Shown here one piece after another: positions 39,400 through 49,315 of a stretch of DNA of 64,000 nt. This stretch comes from an uncultured Trueperaceae bacterium (GTDB lineage Bacteria; Deinococcota; Deinococci; Deinococcales; Trueperaceae), in assembly GCA_963815215.1 (NCBI GenBank), contig CAWFFU010000003.1, positions 640,001 through 704,000 of the forward strand, read 5' to 3'. Under the pieces are notes generated by a model. The model did not search any database, was not told the origin of the DNA, and was given only the letters and a program-made list of their open reading frames with translations. The position numbers were made by a program, and so were the translations under genes. Each line of letters opens with the position of its first letter. The first letter of the stretch is position 1.

Positions 39400-40716
39400 A
39401 TGAGCAACGCCAGCCTCGCCCAGCGCCGACGCGACGCGGTCGCACCCGCGGCCTATAGCACCCACCCCTTCTACCCCACCCGGGCCGAGGGTGCGTACGT
39501 CTGGGACGCCGACGGCAAGCGCTACCTCGACTTCTCGGTCGGCATCGCGGTGATGAACGTCGGACACTCGCATCCGAGGGTGATCCGCGCGGTGCAGGAG
39601 CAGGCGGCCTCCTTCCAGCACCTGTGCTTCGCGGTCGCCATGCACGAGAGCTACATCGCGCTGGCCGAGCGCCTCAACGCGCTGGCGCCGGGCCCCAGCC
39701 CCAAGAAGACCTTCCTGGTGAACTCCGGTGCCGAGGCGGTGGAGAACGCCGTCAAGATCGCCCGTGCCTACACCGGCCGGGCGGGCATCGTCGCGTTCAC
39801 GCACGCCTTCCACGGGCGCACCCACATGGCGATGTCGCTCACCGCCAAGGCGACGCCGTACAAAGCGCACTTCGCACCGCGCGCAAGCGAGGTGTACCGG
39901 GCCGCCTACCCCTACGCCTACCGCAACCCCTGGGGGATCGAGGACGAGGAGGAGGTCGGCGAACGGACGTTGCAGGCCCTGCGCGATCAGGTGAAGACGA
40001 CCATCGGCGAGGGCGAGGTGGCGGCGTTCATCATCGAGCCCGTCGCCGGCGAAGGGGGCTTCATCCCGGCGCCGCGCAGCTTCCTGGCGGGATTGCGCGC
40101 CTACGCCGACGAGATCGGGGCGCTCTGGATCGACGACGAGGTCCAGGCAGGCATCGGCCGTACCGGCGACCTGTGGGCCGTCGATGCGTTCGGCCTCGAG
40201 CCCGACCTGGTGACGAGCGCCAAGGCGCTCTCCTCGGGCTTCCCGCTCTCCGCCGTGATCGGCAAGGCCAGCATCATGGATGCCATCGAGCCCGGCATGC
40301 TGGGCTCGACCTTCGGCGGCAACCCGGTGAGTTGCGCCGCAGCGCTCGCCACCCTCGACGTGTTGGAGGAAGAAGGACTGGTCCAGCGCGCCCGCGTCAT
40401 CGGCGCCCGCGCCGTCGAGCGTCTGTCCGCGCTCCAGAGGGCGTTCCCGCAGATGGGTCAGGTCCGCGGCCGCGGCGCCATGATCGGCATCGAGTTCGTC
40501 GAGCCCGGCGGCAAGGAACCGAGTCCCGGCACCGTCTCGGCGGTGGTGACCCAGGCACGCGAGCTGGGCTTGATGTTGCTCTCGACCGGTACCTACGGCA
40601 ACGTCATCCGCCTGCTGCCGCCACTGCGCCTCAGCGACGCCGAGCTCGATGAGGGGCTGGACATCCTGGAACGCTCGATCCGCGCGGTGCTCGAGCCCGT
40701 CGGCTCGGTCGCCTGA
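39400..40716 (+). CDS. gabT: 4-aminobutyrate--2-oxoglutarate-type class III aminotransferase
   Basis: Motifs NSGAEAVENAVKIAR, FHGRT, EPVAGEGGF, DEVQAGIGRTG, SAK and TFGGNP. AGGAGG RBS. Confidence 0.85.
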   Translation: MSNASLAQRRRDAVAPAAYSTHPFYPTRAEGAYVWDADGKRYLDFSVGIAVMNVGHSHPRVIRAVQEQAASFQHLCFAVAMHESYIALAERLNALAPGPSPKKTFLVNSGAEAVENAVKIARAYTGRAGIVAFTHAFHGRTHMAMSLTAKATPYKAHFAPRASEVYRAAYPYAYRNPWGIEDEEEVGERTLQALRDQVKTTIGEGEVAAFIIEPVAGEGGFIPAPRSFLAGLRAYADEIGALWIDDEVQAGIGRTGDLWAVDAFGLEPDLVTSAKALSSGFPLSAVIGKASIMDAIEPGMLGSTFGGNPVSCAAALATLDVLEEEGLVQRARVIGARAVERLSALQRAFPQMGQVRGRGAMIGIEFVEPGGKEPSPGTVSAVVTQARELGLMLLSTGTYGNVIRLLPPLRLSDAELDEGLDILERSIRAVLEPVGSVA

Positions 40717-40735
40717 CCGGCGCACGCCGGCGCCG

Positions 40736-40768
40736 GCGTGCCGGAGGGCGGATCGCCCTCCGGCACGC
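40736..40768 (+). terminator. Hairpin downstream of gabT
   Basis: GCGTGCCGGAGGGCG-GAT-CGCCCTCCGGCACGC. Confidence 0.6.
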
Positions 40769-40795
40769 TCATGCTCCCCTGCTATACTCCGCGGC

Positions 40796-41458
40796 GTGAA
40801 CCCGGTGCGCATCGCCCCATCCATCCTGGCCGCCGACTTCGCCGACCTCGGCGGCGCCGTTCGACGCGCCGAGGAGGGCGGCGCCGACCTCATCCATCTC
40901 GACGTGATGGACGGCCACTTCGTCCCCAACATCACCTTCGGGCCGAGTGTGGTCTCGGCCGTGCGGCGTTCCACCTCCTTGCCGCTCGACGTCCACCTGA
41001 TGATCGAGGCCCCGGAACGTTACATCGACGCCTTCGCCGAAGCCGGCGCCGACGTGATCCACGTGCATGCCGAGACGACCGTCCACCTGCATCGCCTGCT
41101 GCAACGACTCCGCGAGAGCGGCGTCGGGGTGGGGCTGGCCCTCAACCCGCTCACCCCGCTGGCGGTGTTGGACGGAGCGCTGCCCTACCTGGACGCGCTG
41201 CTCCTCATGACGGTCAACCCCGGCTTCGGCGGGCAGGCTTTCATCCCCCACAGCGTCGAGCGCATCGCCGCCGCCGCGGTGCTGCGCGACGCCCTCAAGC
41301 CCGACTGCGCGATCGAGGTCGACGGAGGCATCGCTCTCGACACCGCCGCACGGGTGCGGGCGGCCGGAGCGGAGATCCTGGTGGCAGGGAGCGCCGTGTT
41401 CGGAGCCGACGGTTCGGTCGCCGAAGCCATCACAACGCTGCGGGCCGCCGCGGGCTGA
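40796..41458 (+). CDS. rpe: Ribulose-phosphate 3-epimerase
   Basis: Motifs IAPSILAADF, HLDVMDGHFVPN, DVHLM, MTVNPGFGGQ and VDGG. TATACT lies 7 nt upstream. Confidence 0.96.
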   Translation: MNPVRIAPSILAADFADLGGAVRRAEEGGADLIHLDVMDGHFVPNITFGPSVVSAVRRSTSLPLDVHLMIEAPERYIDAFAEAGADVIHVHAETTVHLHRLLQRLRESGVGVGLALNPLTPLAVLDGALPYLDALLLMTVNPGFGGQAFIPHSVERIAAAAVLRDALKPDCAIEVDGGIALDTAARVRAAGAEILVAGSAVFGADGSVAEAITTLRAAAG

Positions 41459-41480
41459 TTCGGCGTTCGGAAGGCGCCGC

Positions 41481-42434
41481 TCAGGCGGCGTCGCGGAAGC
41501 GGCCGAGGTCGCGGAAGCGGCGTCGGCGCTGCTCCCGGAGGGCTTGTGCCCCCATCCCACTCAACGTCGCCATCTCCTCGAGCAATGCCTCGCGCACGCG
41601 CCGCACGGTCTCCTCACGGCTCTTGTGGGCGCCGCCGATCGGCTCGTCGACGACGCGGTCCACTACACCCAGCTCGAGCAGGTCGTAAGCGGTGAGCTTG
41701 AGCGCCTCCGCCGCCTTCTCGGCTTCCGCGGCGTCACGCCACAAGATGGCGGCGCACGACTCCGGGCTGATGACCGAGTAGATGGCGTTCTCCAGGATCA
41801 GAACGCGATTGGCGACCCCGATCGCGAGCGCGCCGCCCGACCCGCCCTCTCCCACCACCACGCACACGGCGGGAACCGACAGGCGGCTCATGCGCCGGAT
41901 GCTCTCGGCGATCACCCAGGCCTGCCCCTGCTCCTCCGCAGCGGTACCTGGGTAGGCTCCCGGGGTGTCGATCAGGGTGACCACGGGAAGGCCGAACTTG
42001 TCGGCCAGATCGAACATGCGCATGGCCTTGCGGTAGCCGCTGGGGTGCGACATGCCGAAATTGCGGTGGATGTTCTCCTTGGTGTCGCGGCCCTTCTGCT
42101 GGCCGATCACCACCACGCTGCGCTCGCCCAGGCGCGCCAACCCCGTCACCATGGCGGGGTCGTCACCGAGGGTGCGGTCGCCATGGAGCTCGGTGAAGCC
42201 GTCGAAGGCTCCCTGCAGGTAGTCCATGGCGGTGGGCCGCCCAGTGGCACGCGCCACCTGCACCCGCTGCCAGCGGGTCAGGTTGGCGAAGGTGTCGCGC
42301 TTGAGGCGCTCCAACCGCTGTTGCAGCAGCCCGATCTCCTCGGCCAGCTCGATGCCCTGCTCCGAGGCGTAGGAACGCATCTCCTCGATCTTGGCCTCGA
42401 GGTCCTCGATGGGCTTCTCAAACGGCAGCGGCAC
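41481..42434 (-). CDS. accA: Acetyl-CoA carboxylase carboxyltransferase alpha subunit
   Basis: Motifs [33 protein letters not shown] and SVISPE. Confidence 0.97.
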   Translation of the reverse strand: MPLPFEKPIEDLEAKIEEMRSYASEQGIELAEEIGLLQQRLERLKRDTFANLTRWQRVQVARATGRPTAMDYLQGAFDGFTELHGDRTLGDDPAMVTGLARLGERSVVVIGQQKGRDTKENIHRNFGMSHPSGYRKAMRMFDLADKFGLPVVTLIDTPGAYPGTAAEEQGQAWVIAESIRRMSRLSVPAVCVVVGEGGSGGALAIGVANRVLILENAIYSVISPESCAAILWRDAAEAEKAAEALKLTAYDLLELGVVDRVVDEPIGGAHKSREETVRRVREALLEEMATLSGMGAQALREQRRRRFRDLGRFRDAA

Positions 42435-43311
42435 GCTCCACCTCCTCCACCGGGTCGAGCTCGCGCCGACCGGCGCGCAACAGCCGAAGCGTCACGGCCA
42501 AACGCTCCTTCAGCGCCTTGCGGGGCACGACATCGTCGAGCATCCCCCTCTCGAGCAGGAACTCCGAACGCTGGAACCCCTCCGGCAGCTCCTGCTTGAT
42601 CGTCTGCTGGATCACGCGCGGCCCGGCGAAGGACACGAGCGCGCCCGGCTCGGCGTAGATGACATCACCCAGCGTGGCGAAGCTGGCGGTGACGCCGCCG
42701 GTGGTCGGGTCGGTGAGCACGCTCAGGTAGGGCAGGCGCTTCCGGGAAAGGCTCTCGAGCGCCACCGTGGTCTTCGCCATCTGCATCAGCGACAGAGCGC
42801 CCTCCTGCATGCGGGCGCCACCCGACGCCGTCACCGCTATCAGCGCCCGGTCCTCGACGGCGGCGCGCTCGGCCGCGCGAGCGATCTCCTCGCCGACCAC
42901 CGAGCCCATCGACCCACCCAGGAAGAAGAAATCCATCACGATCAAGCCGATCGGCTCGCCGTCCAGCAGGCTACCGCCGGTGACGATGGCATCGGGCCGA
43001 CCATGTTTCTGCTGGTTCTTCTCGATCCGCTCCGGGTACGACTGCGTGTCGACGAAACCCAGCGGGTCCTCCGCCTGGATCGCACCGGACCAGGGCTCGA
43101 AGGTGCCCGGATCGCTCAGCAGCTCGATGCGCGCCTCCACCGGCATGCGGTAGTGGTGGCCGCACTCGGGGCACACATAGGCGTTGGCGACGAGATCCTT
43201 CCGGTATATCTGGGCACTGCACGCCTCGCACTTCAGCCACAGGCCCGCCGGCGCGTTGTCGTCCTCCTTGCGCGTTGGCCGGTTCCTCCGGAACCACCGT
43301 TCAAGCGCCAT
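42418..43311 (-). CDS. accD: Acetyl-CoA carboxylase carboxyltransferase beta subunit
   Basis: C4 zinc finger (CEAC...CPEC), [25 protein letters not shown] and FAGPRVI. Confidence 0.97.
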   Translation of the reverse strand: MALERWFRRNRPTRKEDDNAPAGLWLKCEACSAQIYRKDLVANAYVCPECGHHYRMPVEARIELLSDPGTFEPWSGAIQAEDPLGFVDTQSYPERIEKNQQKHGRPDAIVTGGSLLDGEPIGLIVMDFFFLGGSMGSVVGEEIARAAERAAVEDRALIAVTASGGARMQEGALSLMQMAKTTVALESLSRKRLPYLSVLTDPTTGGVTASFATLGDVIYAEPGALVSFAGPRVIQQTIKQELPEGFQRSEFLLERGMLDDVVPRKALKERLAVTLRLLRAGRRELDPVEEVERAAAV

Positions 43312-43422
43312 GCGGCCTCCTCGCTGTCCTCGGCACAGAGTGTCGCTCGACCGCCACGGAAAGCACGCGTCATTCTAGCAGTCGTGCAGGTCCCCGCCTC
43401 AAGGCGTCGCGGACGGTCGTCG

Positions 43423-43965
43423 TCAGCTCCCGGCGCGCTCCACGTCGTCGGGCGACGGTTCGACCGGGGCCGCCTCGGAGTCCTCGCCGTCGAGGGTCGC
43501 TGCGTCCGTCGCGCCGCCGAGCGTGGCGGCGGCCCCTCCGCTCAGCGCCGCAGGCCTCGCGGGCGACACGCTCTCCGGGAGCCGTGGCGCCGGCCGCTGT
43601 CCGGCCGTCATCTCGCTGCGGCCGGTGAAGGAAGCGCCCTCCTCGATGTCGAGGGCCGCCGCCCGCACGTTGCCTTCGAGCAGTCCGTCCTTCCAGATCT
43701 CGATCTTGCCCTTGGCGTCGACGTTCGCCCGGACCTTGCCGAGGATCTTGACCTCGTCAGCCTCCACCCGATCGCCCTCGATGACGCCCGCCTCGGCCAC
43801 CTCGAGCACGCCACTGACCTTGACGTTGCCGCGAACGGTGCCGTGCACGCGCACGCGGCCGCTGGCCTCGAGGTCGCCGACGAGCGTGGTGCCGCGATGG
43901 ATATAGGTGAACGGCTCGCTGGCCGTCGTCTCCTGCTTGCGCTTCTTGCTGCTGCGTCCCAGCAT
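43423..43965 (-). CDS. Bactofilin (polymer-forming cytoskeletal protein)
   Basis: TYIHRGTTLVGDL...VRVHGTVRGNV...IEEGASFTG beta-helix domain, followed by a low-complexity tail. Confidence 0.92.
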   Translation of the reverse strand: MLGRSSKKRKQETTASEPFTYIHRGTTLVGDLEASGRVRVHGTVRGNVKVSGVLEVAEAGVIEGDRVEADEVKILGKVRANVDAKGKIEIWKDGLLEGNVRAAALDIEEGASFTGRSEMTAGQRPAPRLPESVSPARPAALSGGAAATLGGATDAATLDGEDSEAAPVEPSPDDVERAGS

Positions 43966-44145
43966 GCCGTCCTCTCCCTCGCCGCGTGACGGACCCCACG
44001 GGTGGGCCGACGCGGTGGACGGACCGGGGGTTCGCTTCGGTTGTACCCCGCCCACCGAAGCGGCGGTCATAAAAGGCTTCACAGGGGCGACTCACGTTGC
44101 CGCGTCGCTGGATACCGGGCCCGCCGCCGTCGTATCCTGGTGCTC

Positions 44146-45048
44146 ATGGAACCAGCTCGGGTCGTCCTGGTCACCAACGTGGGCCAGGGCTTCGGGCGGG
44201 CCGTGGCCCTTGCCTATGGCCAGTCCGACTACGATGTCGTCTGCGCGGACCGCGACGTCGACCTAGCGGCCAAGACTGCGGCCGAGATCGAGGAGCTGGG
44301 CGGGCAGGCCATCCCGATCCAGGCCGACATGACGACGCAGATGGACGTGCTCGCCGCGTTCCACAAGGTGTTCGAGATCTTCGGCGCGCTGGGCGGCGTT
44401 GTGCACGTCTCCAGCCAAGTGAGCCACACACCATTCGAGGATCTCGGCGAGGGCGAGTTCGCCGAGCTGGTGGCGGAAGACCTGCGCAGTGCCTACCTCA
44501 CTCTGAAGACCGCGGCGCGCTTGCTCGACGGCGGATGGGTCGTCATGATCGCTCCTCCCGGTAACCGGCAGCCGCAGATGGCCGCGATGCACGGGGCGCT
44601 CTCACGCCTGACGACGAGCTTCTGCAGGCGCTACGAGGCGCCCCGCGTCAATCTGGTGGTGCCCTCGCGCGACGCCGCCGACCCGCGGCACGATGCCTCG
44701 CTGGTGCGCAGCGTCCGCTACCTGGGGTCGTCGTCGGCCCTCGGCGTATCGGGCCAGGAGGTGTTCGTGGAGCTGCCGCCGCCGCCGCGCATCACCGAGA
44801 CCCTGCTCCCCGAGGTTCGCGCCGCGCTCGACGACCGCATCCGCCAGGATGATCTGGAAGCGAGCCTCTACGAGGACACAGAAGCAGCCGACGTGGAGGA
44901 CGCCGAGGACCTGGTGCTCGACGAGTTCGACCAGGAGCCCTTCGAGAGGCTGCAGGGCACCCCTGCTCTGCGCCGCCATCTGTTCGACGAGGACGAAGCC
45001 GATCTCGAGGGCGACCTGGCCGACACGCCGCGCCATCGGCTACCGTGA
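44146..45048 (+). CDS. Atypical SDR-fold protein with an acidic C-terminal tail
   Basis: VLVTNVGQGFGRAVA and IQADMT. No YxxxK motif visible. TATCCT lies 7 nt before the ATG. Confidence 0.8.
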   Translation: MEPARVVLVTNVGQGFGRAVALAYGQSDYDVVCADRDVDLAAKTAAEIEELGGQAIPIQADMTTQMDVLAAFHKVFEIFGALGGVVHVSSQVSHTPFEDLGEGEFAELVAEDLRSAYLTLKTAARLLDGGWVVMIAPPGNRQPQMAAMHGALSRLTTSFCRRYEAPRVNLVVPSRDAADPRHDASLVRSVRYLGSSSALGVSGQEVFVELPPPPRITETLLPEVRAALDDRIRQDDLEASLYEDTEAADVEDAEDLVLDEFDQEPFERLQGTPALRRHLFDEDEADLEGDLADTPRHRLP

Positions 45049-45088
45049 GCCGCGCCCCGCGTACGGCAGCTGAGACGGGGTGGGCGGC

Positions 45089-45562
45089 GTGAAGTGCCCC
45101 TACTGCTCCTCGGGGGATACCCGGGTGATCAACTCGCGGCCGTCGGACGAGGGCGCCGCCATCCGGCGCAGGCGCGAGTGCGCGGCCTGCCATCGTCGCT
45201 TCACGACCTACGAGCGGGCGCAATTCGAGGCCCTGATGGTCCGCAAGCGCTCGGGCAGGCGCGAGGCGTTCAACCCCGACAAGCTGCTGGACAAGCTGCG
45301 CATCGCCTGCAACAAGCGGCCCGTGACCGAGAAGCAGCTCCGCGAGTTCGCCTACAGCTTCGAGGACGAGGTGCAGGCGCCGGACATCGCCTCCGACGAG
45401 ATCGGCCGCCGCACGCTGCAGTTCCTCAGAGCCCTCGACGATGTGGCCTACATCCGCTTCCTGAGCGTGTATCGCGACTTCGACTCGGTCGACCGCTTCA
45501 TCGAGGAGATCCAGCACCTCGGGGCCGATGCCGCCCGGATCGAGCCCGATCTGGAGGGCTAG
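45089..45562 (+). CDS. nrdR: Transcriptional repressor NrdR
   Basis: Zinc ribbon KCPYC...IRRRRECAAC..RFTTYE and ATP-cone ending VAYIRF.SVYRDF. Confidence 0.97.
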   Translation: MKCPYCSSGDTRVINSRPSDEGAAIRRRRECAACHRRFTTYERAQFEALMVRKRSGRREAFNPDKLLDKLRIACNKRPVTEKQLREFAYSFEDEVQAPDIASDEIGRRTLQFLRALDDVAYIRFLSVYRDFDSVDRFIEEIQHLGADAARIEPDLEG

Positions 45563-45623
45563 CGGTAACCGCACGCCTCCCGCGGCCGTTGGGCCGCTAT
45601 GCTGGTCGCCGGGAACTTCGCCT

Positions 45624-46733
45624 ATGTCGACTGCTTACCTCACCTCCAGCCACGCCGGATCGAGCGGCGACGGCGGCCTGACGGCCACCGTCGCACGCGT
45701 CAAGGACCGGCTGGTGGTGCAGCCGCGCCCCGACGCCCTGGGCGTGGCGCAGGTCGCCCTGCTGCCTCTCCTGGACGCCTGCGGCGTGGATGTGTTCGAC
45801 CTCCGCTCGCTGCGGGGGACTACCGACGGCGACCGCATGCTCTACCGGGTGCAGGCCGGCGACGCCTGGGCGGTGGCGGCTGTCCACGCCGTAGGCGTGC
45901 CTCTGACGCGTGGCGTCGGCCAGAGCGACGCGGTCGACGGCGCCTTCACGGTGCGCACCAACGGAGGCGACTGGCAGCTCCTGGTCCGGGCCGACGAGGT
46001 CTACGGCTTCAGCCTGTACGACGACATCTTCGCCGGAGTGCTCGCGCGCCTGTTCCAGATCGGCGGCCCCGATGCCCCCCGCCGCGTCGACCTGGCCCGC
46101 TCGCTCCTTCAGCAGGAGTGGCTGGCAGACAAGCTGGCGCGACTCTCCCGGGATATCGGGATCGACGAGTTGCGCCGCGTGCTGGGCGGCCCCGAGGCGG
46201 CACCCGCCCGGGCGCTCGAGCTGCTGCGCGAACGACACCTGCTACGCGAGTCCGGGACCATCGATGAGCGCGCCATCCGGCGCGCGGTCGCGCTCACGCT
46301 CAACGCCACCGAGATGGGGCTGGTGCGCGACGCCGATGCGTTGGCCACCATCACCCTGGACGACCTGCTGCTGCACGCCGAGGGCGTCGCCAACCTGCGG
46401 GGCCACCTGCGGATCGCCTTCGACGGGGTCACGCTGCCGATCACCTCGCGCAGCGGGCTGTACTTCGTGCTCGCCGCCGTAGCTGTGCAGTACTCGCGCG
46501 AGGACGCCGTCCCGGCCGAAGACCTCATCGCGCCGCCCACGCGCCCGCCGGTGGGCGTGCGCGCCCGGCCACTGGGGCGGCCGGGTTGGTCGCTGCTGCT
46601 GACTCGCGACGGGAAGGGCCTCTCCGATGCCACGGATGCCCTGCTCGACCACCTCGGCCTGCGCCATCGGGTGCAGGCCAGCCACCGCGGGCACCCCTAC
46701 CCGCCGCCGCAGGCCGTGAGCGACGCCGGCTAG
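45624..46733 (+). CDS. Hypothetical protein, no family recognised
   Basis: Long ORF with genome-like codon pattern filling the gap between nrdR and the acylase. TATGCT box upstream. Start codon uncertain. Confidence 0.68.
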   Translation: MSTAYLTSSHAGSSGDGGLTATVARVKDRLVVQPRPDALGVAQVALLPLLDACGVDVFDLRSLRGTTDGDRMLYRVQAGDAWAVAAVHAVGVPLTRGVGQSDAVDGAFTVRTNGGDWQLLVRADEVYGFSLYDDIFAGVLARLFQIGGPDAPRRVDLARSLLQQEWLADKLARLSRDIGIDELRRVLGGPEAAPARALELLRERHLLRESGTIDERAIRRAVALTLNATEMGLVRDADALATITLDDLLLHAEGVANLRGHLRIAFDGVTLPITSRSGLYFVLAAVAVQYSREDAVPAEDLIAPPTRPPVGVRARPLGRPGWSLLLTRDGKGLSDATDALLDHLGLRHRVQASHRGHPYPPPQAVSDAG

Positions 46734-49123
46734 GACCCCGGCGTCAGGTGCAACGTCCCGATCTGTCCCTTCTCGGCGTCCTTCCGCGACAGGCTCATCG
46801 GCAGGTACTGCACGTCGCGCCAGCGACGCAGGAAGTCACGGTAGTGCCGTGACAGGGCGTTGCCGGACTGGCCGGTGGTCTGGATGAAGCGCGACGATCC
46901 CGCTTGCGAGAGGTCGTAGACGGCGCGGTATCCCGGGCCCACGATCTGCCGGTAGGGATGCTTGGCATCTCCCATGTCGTAGCGTCCCACGTCGACGGTG
47001 TAGGCGCCGCCGCCGTTGGGCACGAGCAGGTCGAACAGACCCCTGAGCGGCGTGTTGGTGAAGACCTGGTGAGCGCTGAGCGCCTCGTGCGCCGCACCCC
47101 AGCGCCAGCGGGCCGGATCCTTGCCGTAGCTCCTCGCTAGCTCGTCGACCGCGTCCTGCAACGCCGCCCGAGCCTGCTGCGGGCAGGTTTCCACGCCAGG
47201 CGTGCGCACATCGTCGCACCACGACGGTTCGCTCGACAGGACGTGCTCCAGGAAGCGCGGGTGGAAGCCGTAGTAGGCGTCGAACAGGTCGCCCATCTCG
47301 TCGGCGTAGACGCGCTTGGAGAAGGCGCGGTACCAGGCGGCGAAGATCAGGGGCGCCGCCTCGCCGCGCGCCATCTTCCCGTCCCAACCCACGAGCTGTG
47401 CCTGCGCGCGGCGCGCAAGGTCGCTGCCCGGGCTGACCGCACGCAGCGTGGGGAGGAAGCTCCGGGCCAGCAACGAGGTCTGATCGGCCTGGATGCGCTC
47501 CATGGTGTCGACGGTGGCCTTGGGGCTGGCCGCCAGCAGCGATTGGATGCGTTCGGCCCGGTAGGGCACCGCCCAGTCTCGCGTGAGGTAGTACGGGTAG
47601 CTGTCGGGGACGACCTTGTCGTTGGCGGTGACGACCTGGCCGTCGGCCGGGTCGAAGGTGTGCGGCAGGGCATCGAAGGGTACCGTCCCGACCCAGTCGT
47701 AGGCGCCGGTCCAGCCGGGCACCGGAACGGTTCCCTCCCCGCTCTTGCGGATCGGGATGCGGCCGGGAGCGTAGTAGCCGATGTTACCGTCCACATCGGC
47801 GTACACGATGTTCTGCTCGGGGGTCACGAAGTCGCGCAGGGCCGCCTTGAACTGATCCCAGTTCTGGGACGTGTTCATCTCCATCACGGCCTGGATGGTG
47901 GTGTCGTCGGGCTCCAAGGCGGTCCACTGCAGGGCCAGGACCACGTCCGGCCCCTGCGCCTTGGCGGCCTGAGCGGCGCTCGACGCGACGTCCGAGATGA
48001 CGGGGCCGTGCCGGGTAGTGCGCACGTTCAGGACCACGTCCGCCTGCCCCTTGACGTGGATCACCTCGCGCCGTGTCTGGAAGGGCTCACTCCCCGAAGG
48101 CGTCAGGTAGCGCGAGGGATCGCTCGGATCCACCTTCTCCATGAACAGGTCCTGCGTGTCGGGCCCGGTGTTGGTGAACCCCCAGGCGATGCGTTCGTTG
48201 CGTCCGAGCAGCACGGCCGGCGTTCCGGGCAAGGTCCCACCGATGACGTTCAAGCCGGGCGCGGAGATCTGCGCCAGGTACCACAGCGACGGCGCGTCGA
48301 GCGCCAGGTGCGGGTCGTTGGCGAGCAGCGGCTTCCCGGAGGTGGTGTGCGTGCCGTCGACCACCCAGTCGTTCGAACCCAGCCCGGGCGGCGACGGCGC
48401 GGGCGCAGCCGCGACGAGCGCGTCGAGCGGCAGCGTCCGGTACAGGGCGGTGAAGTCCGGCACGACCACGGGTCCGTCCTTGGGGTAGGCCGGCCACAGC
48501 GTGGCGACGAGCTTCTGCGGGTCCTTCGGCTGCAGCTTGGCGATCAGCCGGGCGCGCAGCAGTTCGTCGCTCCAGTTGCCGGAGAGGTCCCAGGACATCA
48601 TCTTCGCCCAGGCGATGACGTCGGCAGCGGTGAACGGCTCGGGCTTCACGCCCAACACGACGTATTCGGGCGGCCAGGCGCCACGGTGGTGGGCGATGTA
48701 GGCGTTGATCCCCGCGACGTAGGCGTCGAGTAGCGAGCGCGTCTCCGGATCCAGGTGGCTCAGCGCCTGCTGGGAAGCCCGATATACCCCCAGCGTGCGG
48801 AGGAACTTGTCGGTGTCGATGGTGGCCGCGCCGAGCACCTCCGACAGCCGACCGGAACCGACGCGGCGTTGGAAGTCCATCTGCCACAGCCGGTCCTGCG
48901 CGTGGACGTAGCCGAGCGCGAAGATGGCGTCGGCTTTGTCCTTGGCGTAGATGTGCGGGATGTCATTGGCGTCGCGAACGATGTCGACGCCCTGATGGAG
49001 TCCGGAGATCTCCACGGTGCCGCGCGTCTTCGGCAGCGAAGTACGTAGGTAGAGCCAACCCCCCGCTGCCACGATGACCAGCAGGACGAGCACGCCACCG
49101 ACGATGCGTAGTGCGACCTTCAT
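46730..49123 (-). CDS. Penicillin acylase / AHL acylase family Ntn-hydrolase (peptidase S45)
   Basis: N-terminal TM/signal, GYVHAQDRLWQM, autocleavage site G|SNDWVV, LANDPHL and WGFTN. GGAGG RBS. Confidence 0.93.
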   Translation of the reverse strand: MKVALRIVGGVLVLLVIVAAGGWLYLRTSLPKTRGTVEISGLHQGVDIVRDANDIPHIYAKDKADAIFALGYVHAQDRLWQMDFQRRVGSGRLSEVLGAATIDTDKFLRTLGVYRASQQALSHLDPETRSLLDAYVAGINAYIAHHRGAWPPEYVVLGVKPEPFTAADVIAWAKMMSWDLSGNWSDELLRARLIAKLQPKDPQKLVATLWPAYPKDGPVVVPDFTALYRTLPLDALVAAAPAPSPPGLGSNDWVVDGTHTTSGKPLLANDPHLALDAPSLWYLAQISAPGLNVIGGTLPGTPAVLLGRNERIAWGFTNTGPDTQDLFMEKVDPSDPSRYLTPSGSEPFQTRREVIHVKGQADVVLNVRTTRHGPVISDVASSAAQAAKAQGPDVVLALQWTALEPDDTTIQAVMEMNTSQNWDQFKAALRDFVTPEQNIVYADVDGNIGYYAPGRIPIRKSGEGTVPVPGWTGAYDWVGTVPFDALPHTFDPADGQVVTANDKVVPDSYPYYLTRDWAVPYRAERIQSLLAASPKATVDTMERIQADQTSLLARSFLPTLRAVSPGSDLARRAQAQLVGWDGKMARGEAAPLIFAAWYRAFSKRVYADEMGDLFDAYYGFHPRFLEHVLSSEPSWCDDVRTPGVETCPQQARAALQDAVDELARSYGKDPARWRWGAAHEALSAHQVFTNTPLRGLFDLLVPNGGGAYTVDVGRYDMGDAKHPYRQIVGPGYRAVYDLSQAGSSRFIQTTGQSGNALSRHYRDFLRRWRDVQYLPMSLSRKDAEKGQIGTLHLTPGS

Positions 49124-49243
49124 GGGTCTCCTCCCAGGCTTGCGCGGCATTCTACCGTTCCCGGAACCGCGCCGGCGGGCGCGACGGGGCAGCCAACCGT
49201 ACACCCGCGGGCATCCTCGTACGGCGCCCCGGGACATCGGTCC

Positions 49244-49288
49244 TTGACATCGAGCACAGTGCCCTCTACATTTGAGAAAACGTTTTCT
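49244..49288 (+). promoter_or_regulatory. Sigma-A promoter plus LacI-type operator for the sugar operon
   Basis: TTGACA-N17-TACATT followed by the perfect palindrome AGAAAACGTTTTCT (49275-49288). Confidence 0.85.
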
Positions 49289-49315
49289 AGCATTCGCGCC
49301 GTGAGGGGAAGTGGT

